Below are positions 25,236-35,082 of a stretch of 64,000 bases of DNA, in pieces. Every line of letters starts with the position of its first letter. The first letter of the stretch is position 1. Source of the DNA: Azolla caroliniana. Taxonomy: Eukaryota; Plantae; Polypodiophyta. A program made the translations under genes and the position numbers. The notes beneath the pieces are model-generated. The model was not told the origin of the DNA. It was given only the letters and a program-made list of their open reading frames with translations, and searched no databases. Location of the stretch: contig JBHGNT010000002.1 of the NCBI GenBank assembly GCA_043228905.1, forward strand, positions 28,210,001 to 28,274,000, in the 5' to 3' direction.

Positions 25236-26758
25236 TGCTTTAGATGTTCTATATTTCTTTCTCATATTCAGTATTTCGTAGGAAACAAACGAACAAAACC
25301 GTGTACACAAAACCACGGTTTTAAGCCCATGGTTTCCTGCATGTCTCAAAACTGTGTGCATAGAAACCATGGCTCCAAGCCCATGGTTTTGTGCATGGAC
25401 AAACCTATAAAACCCCTAGTACGGCTTGTGTAAGGGGGGGGCTCAATATGATATGACCATCATCATCACCATCAATAATATAAGCTTCTATTTCTTCTTC
25501 TTCGCATCTATCTTGTAATTATTTATCTACTTCTGAAAGTGTACAATCTTCAATCTTCTCAAGTGTAATAGGTCTTCCTCCAATCTTACATTCACATCGC
25601 CCTCTTCTCAATACCTTGACGGACATCCTCCTTGGTCCAAGACCCCAGTGGTCCCGCTCAAGCGAAGCACGCTCGCACGCGCATCTTCGCAACAACGGTA
25701 TGTTCATACGGATCGGCAAGTTGCCGACATCTTCACCAAGCCGCTCGGATCGGACAAGTTGCAGCACTTTACCGACATGCTTGGTATTCAGCATCTCGAC
25801 GTGCCGCACTTGAGGGGGAGAAGCAAGGGCAAAGTCTCTACCGAAACGGGCAATGGCCAAAAAATTGTTGAACCCGTCGGTAAGAGGAGAGCCGAAAGAA
25901 GAGGAGACAAGAAGATGAAGGAAGCCGAGTCGACAAAGGAAGTCGACACATCCGAACAGGTCGGAGCAAGCGGCTGTGAAGAAGAGTTGTGCACTCAGGA
26001 AGAGAAGTGCATGCTGTGCGGAGGTCATCACGACGGCACTGACCATGATGCAGAGTCGAATGAAGAATTCGATTTCGGTTCACCGGCTGAAGAAGCCAAG
26101 GGAAGCATGGAGAAGGCCAAGACTCGGATGTGGTTCGATGTGGTGAGAGGCCTGAAGCCGGAAGTTGAATCGGAGTGTACCGATTCGGACAAGAGCTGGA
26201 ACGAGTCGAAGACAGCTGACTCGGACCAACAGATGGATTCGGATGAGTCGGATCAACTGAAGGCCAAGGGGACACGGACACAGCAGAAGTCGATGCCATC
26301 GTGGGAGAACCGACGGATCGGCAAGCGCCGGAGTCACAGCAACGTGAGTGCTGAGATGGGCCTATTGAGCAGACATGCCGACCGAGAGGGTCGAGGCGCG
26401 CAGAACCAAAGGGGTCGCGGCAAACGGGACCGGACCGGACGAGGAGCGCGAGCAAGGCGGAGTGACGCCAGGAGAAGTCGGTTGGAAGAACCGACTGCCA
26501 CAGAGGTCAACACTACGACCCCACCTCAGGTTGAGCTTGAGGGGGAGTGTTGAGCGGCAAGCTCAACCAGAGCCGGATCGGCTGAATAAGCCGGAGCCGG
26601 TAAGCGAGACGGATCGGGCGAAACGGATCGGTATGACGGTGAGCAACCGAACCGGCAAGCAGTGGAGGCCGGGTGCAATCCGTAACTGGAAGTCCAATCG
26701 AAAGCCTAGTATAGGATAGACTACTAGGTAGCTATAGTCTCGTAGTAAGTGTCAGATG

Positions 26759-27092
26759 TGTTGGGATTTCGGTCCCTCCGGATGGGATGTCCGGAGATGA
26801 ATGACGGCAAGCCCGGAGGCTGTTACGGAACCGTATGATGAAGAGTACCCGGCATGAAGCCGGATGAAGAGTACCCGGTTACGGAGCCGGATGCTGAAGA
26901 CCCCGGTTACGGAGCCGGTTGACGTATGTACCCGGAGAGAGAGATCCGGATGCGGGGACATATCTGTGAATATGTTTGCCAAGGGCCCTTGAGGCTATAT
27001 TTGTAAATAGCCCGAAAGTCATATGTGTATAAATATGACTTAGGGCAAACAGTTTTGTTGTTGCTCAATTTTTATGCGAAGTGAGAGCAGCC

Positions 27093-27130
<38 letters not shown>

Positions 27131-30100
27131 CGAAGAGGTCGTTGCCTCTGTGTATTACCGCCGCCTGTGGCGAAGACAGTGAGCTCAAGGTTGTTGCCTT
27201 GTAGCTTCACCAGTGTACATCCCTGCTCATAGTGATAGTTGGAGTTTGAGGACTCCCGTGGTTTTTCCCATTTAGGGTTTTCCACGTAAAATATCCAGTG
27301 TACCTTTCTCTCTATTGTCCCCGTGCACTTTGTATTTCACGTTTTCTGAGAGTTGATCCTATTCCTCGGTTGTGGCCGAGCACTGTTTTTCAACAAATTG
27401 GTATCAGAGCGACGGTAACACAGAAAATGGAAGGCGGCGGTAGTGGGCCTCCGGGCATGATGGTGTTGAACTCACAGAACTACGCCGACTGGAAGATAAA
27501 GATGGAAGACCTTCTCATCGTACGAGACCTGTACGAACCGATCGACAATGCCGAGATACCCAAGGGAGTAATAGAGTCGGAGTGGAAGCTCCTGAACCGG
27601 AAAGCCGTAGCGACGATTCGGCAATATGTCGATGTAAGCGTCCTACAACATGTGGCGAACGCCACCAACGCATATGAGATGTGGAAGAAGCTGTCGGGCC
27701 TCTACGAGAGGAAGAATGCGTTGAACCGGACCTCCCTGATGAGGAAGATAGTGAACCTCAAGTACCGGGACGGCGAGAATATGGTGGAACACGTGAGCAC
27801 GTTCATGGGATTCGTGAACCAGCTTGCGGCGATCAAGTTCCCGTTGGAGGATGCAATGCAAGCCATCATCCTGATGTGTACATTACCGGACAGCTGGGAG
27901 AACTTGGTGGTGACTCTCAGCACCTCCTGCGCCGAAGATAACTTGTCCCTACAAACGGTAAAGACAAGTATTTTGAACGAAGAAGCGCGACGGAGAGATA
28001 AAGAACCGGTCTCCGACTCGAAGGCGCTGCTTACCGAATCGGAACGGGGAAGACAATGGAACCGGAGTCCGCAAAGACGGGAGAAGTCGGGGACCCGGTC
28101 GCAGTCAAGAGGAAGACCCACATGCTTCCACTGTGGGAAGCCGGGGCACTTCCGGAAGAATTGTCGGCATTACCGAAAAGACAACGGAGCCGACGACACC
28201 GATTCGAAGAAGTCACCGGAGAGAAACGGTGCATACCGGGGAGCCACGGACCGGAGAGGTCCGGATCGGCGAGGGCAGGACCGGAAAGGAACGACGGCAC
28301 TCGCGGCAAGTGAAGAGGAGATCATGCTCATCACCGAAGAAGGTGAACTAAACATTGCCGGCGATGAGACTACCTGGGTGGTCGATTCCGGAGCGTCGTT
28401 CCACCTGACCCCGGAAAGCAGATACTTCTCATCCTACACAACCGGTGAACATGGCTGTGTTCGGATGGGAAATGAAGGTACGTGCCGGATTGCCGGCATA
28501 GGAGACGTATGGTTGACAACCCCGACCGGATGCAAAATGCTGCTGAAGGATGTCCGACACGTTCCGGAGGTTCGATTGAACCTGATTTCGGCCGGGAGGC
28601 TAGACGATGAAGGCTACACAGGTAGCATCCGGAACGGCGTAATGAAGTTCAGCAAGGGAAGCCTGATAGTGGCTCGGGCCCGGAAAGTCAACACACTGTA
28701 CCTCATGAATGCCTGGTTGTGTCCGGAAGAGCTGAATGTGGCAGCCGACACTGCCGGTGAGCTGTGGCACAAAAGACTGTGCCACATGAGTGAGAAGGGG
28801 ATGAAGAGGCTTGCAGAAGACAACCTTATTCCAGTAAAGCATGTGCACCTGGAGAAGTGCACCGATTGCCTGGCCGGTAAGCAGAACCGAACCTCCTTCC
28901 ACTCAAGGCCACCGACGAGACGTAGCACACCATTGGAGTTGGTGCACACTGATGTGTGTCAGGTAGAAACGAAGTCACATGGCGGAGCCCAGTACTTCGT
29001 GACTTTCATTGATGATCACAGCCGGAAGCTGTGGACGGCACCGTTGAAGACAAAGGACCAAGTGTTGTCCGTCTTCAAAGAACTCCACGCGAGAGTGGAA
29101 AGAGAATCCGGCAAGAAGCTGAAAGCGATACGAGCGGATAACGGAGGAGAATACCGGGGGCAGTTCGCGGAGTACTGTCGCTCGAAGGGAATCCGGCTCG
29201 AGTTTACTGTGCCGAAGACGCCGGAACTGAACGGGCTGGCCGAGAGGATGAACCGGACCATAATGGAGAGGGTCCGGAGTATGCTAGCTCATGCGAAATT
29301 ACCCAAGGGGTTTTGGGCTGAGGCGATGTCGACGGCGACATACGTGATAAATAGATCACCCTCAGTACCTTTGGACGGAGACACGCCGCAGAGAGTGTGG
29401 ACCGGTAGGGAAGTATCCTACCGGCATCTAAAGGTGTTCAGGTGCCTCGCATATGTGCATGTGGCTAAGGACCGGAGAGGAAAGCTAGATCCAAAGACCC
29501 GGCCATGCATATTCCTCGGTTACGGCGATGACGAGTTCGGCTACCGAGTATGGGACCCGGTCGACAAGAAGATATTCCGGAGTCGTGATATCATCTTCAT
29601 GGAGAACAAGACACTTGCCGACTGGGAGTCGGAGAAGAAGGTGAAGAGCTCCAAGTCGACCGGTGAGGATCAACTCTACGAGGAGCAGTCCCGACCGGCA
29701 AGAGACCGGTTAGCACTCGAGGATCCGGCCGAAGACGGTGAAGAAACAGAACCGGCCGAAGAAGATGAAAATGATACCGGAACCGGCCCCGATCCCGAAA
29801 TGGATTCGGATGAAGAAAAATCGGAAGAACCGGTTACCGAAGCTCCGGAACGGAGATATCCTCTAAGAGAGAGAAGGGCCCCCCGGAGATTTCCGGAACC
29901 AGAGCACGTGCTGCTAACCGACGAAGGGGAGCCGGAGAGCTTTGAAGAAGCAAAGCATGACACCCAGAGCCGCAGGTGGTTGAGTGCCATGCAGGACGAG
30001 ATGGATTCCCTGCATGAGAACCACACATATGAACTTGTGGAGTTGCCGAAAGGAAAGCGGGCACTTCGAAACAAGTGGGTGTTCAAGCTGAAACCGGGAG

Positions 30101-31844
30101 ATGCCGAAAACCCCCCGAGATACAAAGCCCGGATCGTGGTGAAGGGGTTTCAGCAGAAGAAGGGCGTCGACTTCGACGAGATATTTGCCCCTGTAGTGAA
30201 GATGACCTCCATCCGGACGGTGCTGAGCATAGCGGCAAGCATGGACCTCGAGGTAGAACAGATGGACGTGAAGACGGCATTCCTTCACGGTGACCTCGAA
30301 GAAGAGATCTACATGCAGCAACCGGAAGGATTCGAGAAGAAAGGGAAGGAGCACCTGGTATGCCAGTTGAAGAAGAGCCTTTACGGACTGAAGCAGGCTC
30401 CCCGGCAATGGTACCGGAAGTTCGACTCCTTCATGACCGACGAAGGGTACCACAAAACGCAGTCTGATCACTGCGTGTTTGTGAAGAAGTTCGAAGGAGG
30501 AGACTCTCTAATACTCCTCCTGTACGTGGACGACATGTTGATCGTCGGACGGGACCAGGTCAAGATACGGGCGCTGAAGAAAGCGCTTCACCGAACCTTC
30601 TCAATGAAGGACCTGGGTCCGGCGAGGCAAATACTAGGGATGCACATCATCCGGGACCGGAAGAAGAAGCAGTTGTGGCTGTCACAGGAAAAGTACGTGA
30701 CAAAGGTGCTTCACCGGTTCAACATGTCGGAAGCAAGACCGGTCGGGTCAACTCTCCCGGCAAACTGCAAGTTGTCCAGCAAGCAAAGCCCCAAGACAAA
30801 GGCTGAGAAGGAGGACATGATGAAAGTACCATATGCCTCTGCCGTCGGAAGCTTGATGTACGCAATGGTGTGTACAAGACCGGATATAGGATATGCAGTT
30901 GGAGTGGTGAGCCGGTACATGAGCAATCCCGGCAAAGAGCACTGGAACGCGGTCAAGTGGATACTCCGATACCTGAAGGGCACGGCAAACGTGTGCCTCC
31001 GATTCGGCTCCGGTAAGCCCGAATTCGACGGCTTTACCGATTCGGATATGTCGGCTGATGCAGATACCAGCCGGTCCACATCAGGGTATGTGATGACGTA
31101 TGCAGGTGGGGCTGTTTCGTGGCAGTCGAGGCTGCAGAAGACGGTTGCGCTGTCAACCACGGAGGCGGAGTACATGGCGGCTGTTGAAGCCGGCAAGGAA
31201 ATAATATGGATGAAGGACTTCATTAGAGAGCTCGGTATCCGGCAGGAGGAGTACCGACTCTACTGCGATAGTCTGAGTGCCATCCACCTTGCGAAGAACG
31301 CGGCCTACCATTCCCGGACGAAACACATCCAGCGTAGATACCACTGGATCCGGGAAAGAATAGAAGACAAGGAGTTCGTGCTGACGAAGATCCACACGGA
31401 CGAGAACGGGTCGGATATGCTGACCAAGGTGCTCACACCCGACAAGCTGGAAGCATGCCGGAAGAGGATCGGGTTGGAGAGACATCCCATGCCGAAGTGA
31501 AGGGGGAGTTTGTTGGGATTTCGGTCCCTCCGGATGGGATGTCCGGAGATGAATGACGGCAAGCCCGGAGGCTGTTACGGAACCGTATGATGAAGAGTAC
31601 CCGGCATGAAGCCGGATGAAGAGTACCCGGTTACGGAGCCGGATGCTGAAGACCCCGGTTACGGAGCCGGTTGACGTATGTACCCGGAGAGAGAGATCCG
31701 GATGCGGGGACATATCTGTGAATATGTTTGCCAAGGGCCCTTGAGGCTATATTTGTAAATAGCCCGAAAGTCATATGTGTATAAATATGACTTAGGGCAA
31801 ACAGTTTTGTTGTTGCTCAATTTTTATGCGAAGTGAGAGCAGCC

Positions 31845-31888
<44 letters not shown>

Positions 31889-32153
31889 CGAAGAGGTCGT
31901 TGCCTCTGTGTATTACCGCCGCCTGTGGCGAAGACAGTGAGCTCAAGGTTGTTGCCTTGTAGCTTCACCAGTGTACATCCCTGCTCATAGTGATAGTTGG
32001 AGTTTGAGGACTCCCGTGGTTTTTCCCATTTAGGGTTTTCCACGTAAAATATCCAGTGTACCTTTCTCTCTATTGTCCCCGTGCACTTTGTATTTCCCGT
32101 TTTCTGAGAGTTGATCCTATTCCTCGGTTGTGGCCGAGCACTGTTTTTCAACA
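26759..32153 (+). mobile_element. Ty1/Copia element C5 (family A), intact, inserted in the C3 3' LTR
   Basis: LTRs 26759-27395 and 31511-32153 (one substitution seen plus a GA-repeat length difference). TSD AGATG. PBS-Met 27399-27410. PPT ~31498-31508. Confidence 0.97.
27427..31500 (+). CDS. Copia Gag-Pol polyprotein (1357 aa), catalytic motifs intact
   Basis: CCHC knuckle, DSGAS, HTD..ADNGGE..NGLAERMN, LYVDD and RNase H motifs. Near-identical to the C1 protein. Confidence 0.95.
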   Translation: MEGGGSGPPGMMVLNSQNYADWKIKMEDLLIVRDLYEPIDNAEIPKGVIESEWKLLNRKAVATIRQYVDVSVLQHVANATNAYEMWKKLSGLYERKNALNRTSLMRKIVNLKYRDGENMVEHVSTFMGFVNQLAAIKFPLEDAMQAIILMCTLPDSWENLVVTLSTSCAEDNLSLQTVKTSILNEEARRRDKEPVSDSKALLTESERGRQWNRSPQRREKSGTRSQSRGRPTCFHCGKPGHFRKNCRHYRKDNGADDTDSKKSPERNGAYRGATDRRGPDRRGQDRKGTTALAASEEEIMLITEEGELNIAGDETTWVVDSGASFHLTPESRYFSSYTTGEHGCVRMGNEGTCRIAGIGDVWLTTPTGCKMLLKDVRHVPEVRLNLISAGRLDDEGYTGSIRNGVMKFSKGSLIVARARKVNTLYLMNAWLCPEELNVAADTAGELWHKRLCHMSEKGMKRLAEDNLIPVKHVHLEKCTDCLAGKQNRTSFHSRPPTRRSTPLELVHTDVCQVETKSHGGAQYFVTFIDDHSRKLWTAPLKTKDQVLSVFKELHARVERESGKKLKAIRADNGGEYRGQFAEYCRSKGIRLEFTVPKTPELNGLAERMNRTIMERVRSMLAHAKLPKGFWAEAMSTATYVINRSPSVPLDGDTPQRVWTGREVSYRHLKVFRCLAYVHVAKDRRGKLDPKTRPCIFLGYGDDEFGYRVWDPVDKKIFRSRDIIFMENKTLADWESEKKVKSSKSTGEDQLYEEQSRPARDRLALEDPAEDGEETEPAEEDENDTGTGPDPEMDSDEEKSEEPVTEAPERRYPLRERRAPRRFPEPEHVLLTDEGEPESFEEAKHDTQSRRWLSAMQDEMDSLHENHTYELVELPKGKRALRNKWVFKLKPGDAENPPRYKARIVVKGFQQKKGVDFDEIFAPVVKMTSIRTVLSIAASMDLEVEQMDVKTAFLHGDLEEEIYMQQPEGFEKKGKEHLVCQLKKSLYGLKQAPRQWYRKFDSFMTDEGYHKTQSDHCVFVKKFEGGDSLILLLYVDDMLIVGRDQVKIRALKKALHRTFSMKDLGPARQILGMHIIRDRKKKQLWLSQEKYVTKVLHRFNMSEARPVGSTLPANCKLSSKQSPKTKAEKEDMMKVPYASAVGSLMYAMVCTRPDIGYAVGVVSRYMSNPGKEHWNAVKWILRYLKGTANVCLRFGSGKPEFDGFTDSDMSADADTSRSTSGYVMTYAGGAVSWQSRLQKTVALSTTEAEYMAAVEAGKEIIWMKDFIRELGIRQEEYRLYCDSLSAIHLAKNAAYHSRTKHIQRRYHWIRERIEDKEFVLTKIHTDENGSDMLTKVLTPDKLEACRKRIGLERHPMPK

Positions 32154-32353
32154 AGATGCTCGTGTGAGCATTGAAGTACATGGTACTTCTGTCAGTCCCA
32201 AGAGGACTTGTATAAATAGTGCTACTTAGCACAGTGTGTAAATAGAGTCTGAAAATAATTTTGAAATTACGTTCTGCTCTCTCCGTCTCTCTCTCTCTCT
32301 CTCTCTGTTGTTCTCTGTTTTACGCTTCCGCAAACACTCACGTTTTCAGATGT

Positions 32354-32365
32354 AAAATGGGAAGA

Positions 32366-32401
<36 letters not shown>

Positions 32402-32520
32402 TTCGTCTAAATTGGTGGAAGATATGGAGGATGAAGCATTTCTTGGGAGTGAAAGGGAGATTGTTTATGTGTTTATTAATTTTTAGATTTGGAGAGTGTT
32501 TTCCTCTTTTCTTTGTTGTA
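32354..32520. repeat. Tandem repeat array, final partial copy with (TA)n
   Basis: aaaatggg..(TA)n cttcgtctaaattggtggaagatatggaggatgaagcatt... Confidence 0.85.
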
Positions 32521-32635
32521 GATGATGGGGAAGAAAACTGTGAAAATCTATATCACTTTGGTTCCAGGTAATTGAATCACAAATTTAATTTGCAGAAATT
32601 TGTGATTGAATCACTCAACTAAAGAAATTTGTGTT

Positions 32636-32793
32636 TGAAGGGTATTCTGGTAAATAGGGCTTCTAGATTTGAGTGTATAATTACTTTATAAAGTGTATTT
32701 TTTTTGGACATAAGGGTAATTTGGTAAATCTGGAATTTCCAGGGGCATTCTAGTAAATAGACAAACTTCCAAGGGTATCCTAGTACTTTTCCC
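32636..32793. mobile_element. Possible Mutator-like (MULE) terminal inverted repeat, right end only
   Basis: Repeated aggg(t/c)a(t/a)t(c/t)t(g/a)gtaaat motifs ending ...agggtatcctagtacttttccc, resembling plant MULE/MITE termini (GGGAAAA...). No partner end found. Confidence 0.4.
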
Positions 32794-35082
32794 TAAAAAG
32801 AATATGCTAAAGTTTTGAAATCATTACATTGTATTTAATCCTTAGATATCCCCCAAATTATGGCACCACATGGGAACATGAATGTGCATTGGCAATGCTT
32901 GTGCTTTTCAACGATAAGATTGTGGGTTTGAGGTAAATGGGATCATTGTGTTACTCATGGAAATTTCAATTTGTGTTTCATGCACAGTCATAATTTGGTC
33001 AAGAAAACGAAATCGTTATCAACACATTTGAGTAATTCTTGATGAGTAAGGTCATTGATCACCTATAAAAAGGGATCGAGAGACATTGTAACACTATCGT
33101 TCTAATTTGAGTTTCATATAGTTATTAGTTAGTAAAATCTATGTCGTCTATTCTGTTAGTGTTTTACTGTTATGTTCGACTCAGTGACAACCTGCTATTT
33201 GTAAAGAATCGGGTATGATTCTTGTGTAGCGGAATAGGTGTGAACTGTGTGTATGAGAGAGAGAGAGAGAGTGAGGGTGAGAGTGAGTGAGAAGTAAGAC
33301 ACAGAGTATACACAAGGTAGATTGTATTAACAAAGGAGAAAGACTCAACATTATACAAAGAGGGAGGAGGGTGCTTTATATAGTCACCCTCTCTCTTCAT
33401 TAACTACACGACTCATGGAGCATGGGGAATGTGAAAGCTCATAAGTTATGTGTCATAGAATTTGATTCTATGACTCATACAAAATGCTAGAATACAAAGT
33501 GGTGACTTAATGGTGACTCTTGACCATTGGAGTGTCTATTCACTCTCAAGGTGAGTTCACACACTAGACCAAGTTGAGCTTGATTCTCAACACGCCCCCT
33601 CAAGCTCAAGTCGGGTCGGTTTTAGACGGTATCCGAAATCCACTTCTACTCGTGTCGGCGTTCCGGAGTCTGCATCGACTCGCATTTATGCGAAGTTGCA
33701 GAATCCGTGCTCCACCTTGCGTTGTGCGTAGTTGCAAAGTCTGTGCTTTGGCTTGCGTCTTTCTTCACGGCTTCGTTGCGCGGTTGCGGAATCTACGCGT
33801 TATTGCGATTGCGTAGTGTCTTGCGTACTCCCCCTCAAGCTTGGCAGGTCAGGGATCGTCAATCCGAGATCGGTCATGAATTGCCATAGCTTGTCGGCTC
33901 CTAAAGCTTTAGTGAAGATGTCGATTGTTTGAAGATTGGTGCTAATGTGTTGTAGGTCGACATCGCCAGCTAGAACGTGCTCTCGGATGAAGTGATAGTG
34001 CACTTCGATGTGCTTTGTCCACGCGTGGAACACCGAGTTCTGAGCCAAATAAATATTGCTCATGTTGTCGCAATAAAGGGAGGTCGGATCCTTGATGGGT
34101 ACACCCAGATCCTTCAAAATCCTCTTGAGCCATACGGTTGCGCCCCTATATTCCGCCTCCGTACTCGAAAGAGCGATGGTAGGTTGCTTCTTGCTACTCC
34201 ACGATATTGCTTTGCTGCCGAGGGAGAAAACAAATCCGGAGGTTGACCTTCTATCGGCTTTGTTGCCAGCCCAATCGGCGTCTGTGTACCCCTCGAATTG
34301 TATTGGCATCGCGGTCTTGTAGAGGATGCCGCAATCCATTATGTTGCTCACGTTGTCGAGGTATTCCTCGCGGATGCGTGGAATGAGGCGGGACCTCGGG
34401 GGTCCTGTACCAAAGAGCAAGAGAGAAAGGACAAGAGACCCACTACGTGCGAGCGTAGATTCACAGGGACACGGCCCTTCGACACAAAGACGCGAGTGGG
34501 ACAGCGACACAGAAAGACACGAATGTATTTATGTATTAACAAAGACAGCAACAAGAACACGGAAGCAACAAAACACGAAGTCGGTTACAACCGAACAAGC
34601 CGGCGAACAGATGTCGATGCCTGTTCGTAAACGCACAGAAAGACAGGAGCAGGTTGGAGGTGCTGCCGGAAGCACTCGGGCATTCCTCAGAGCAGTGAGA
34701 GCCTCCTGAAACCTGCACCGAAAGAAGCTATGGAATTTGCGAACCAGAGAGAGAGAGAAGCCTTCGCCCACAAACCGACAGCACTTCGTCCTCGACTCTT
34801 CGCGATCCCTTCCTCCTCCTCGTCTCCCTCCTTTTATAGGCAAGAAGGGAGTCGTTTCCTATTAACTTCCTACCTACCGAATCTACCTACCTAGGATCTC
34901 CCATGTCCCTAATTCTCTCCTATGTTCGACACAAGGCGTACGTGCGTGAAGAGACGGTTCCTATGCTCCGGCGCACCGATTCCGCTTGTGGACGGTTTTC
35001 TTCATGACATTCGCCCCCACCTAACCGGGCATCCACCGGCATGCGCCAAATTGAGTTGGGACGGAGAAAACCGGTCCAGCCT

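Larger units (their letters stand above)
22063..25694 (+). mobile_element. Non-autonomous Gag-only Gypsy-group LTR element G1
   Basis: LTRs 22063-22721 and 25035-25694. 4-bp TSD ACGG. tRNA-Trp PBS. PPT ~25023-25034. Gag homologous to G2 gag. No protease, RT or integrase motifs seen. Confidence 0.92.
17902..26553 (+). pseudogene. C3 gag-pol with stops and frameshifts, split by G1 in RNase H
   Basis: Gag 17902-18441. CWYCGKKGHRESEC and DSGAS in 18445-19350. Integrase 19363-20774. RT (LYVDDL) ~20780-21400. RNase H runs to 22062 and resumes at 25695 (RYVHTDRQVADIFTK). Confidence 0.92.
17403..32348 (+). mobile_element. Ty1/Copia element C3 (family B), host of G1 and C5
   Basis: 5' LTR 17403-17807. 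PBS-Met 17808-17819. PPT 26536-26547. 3' LTR 26548-26758 + 32159-32348. TSD GATGG/GATGT. Confidence 0.93.

Noticed and set aside
27298-27426. 43-aa N-terminal extension of the C5 ORF
   Set aside because: Starts at a GTG inside the LTR and crosses the PBS. ATG 27427 matches the C1 start.
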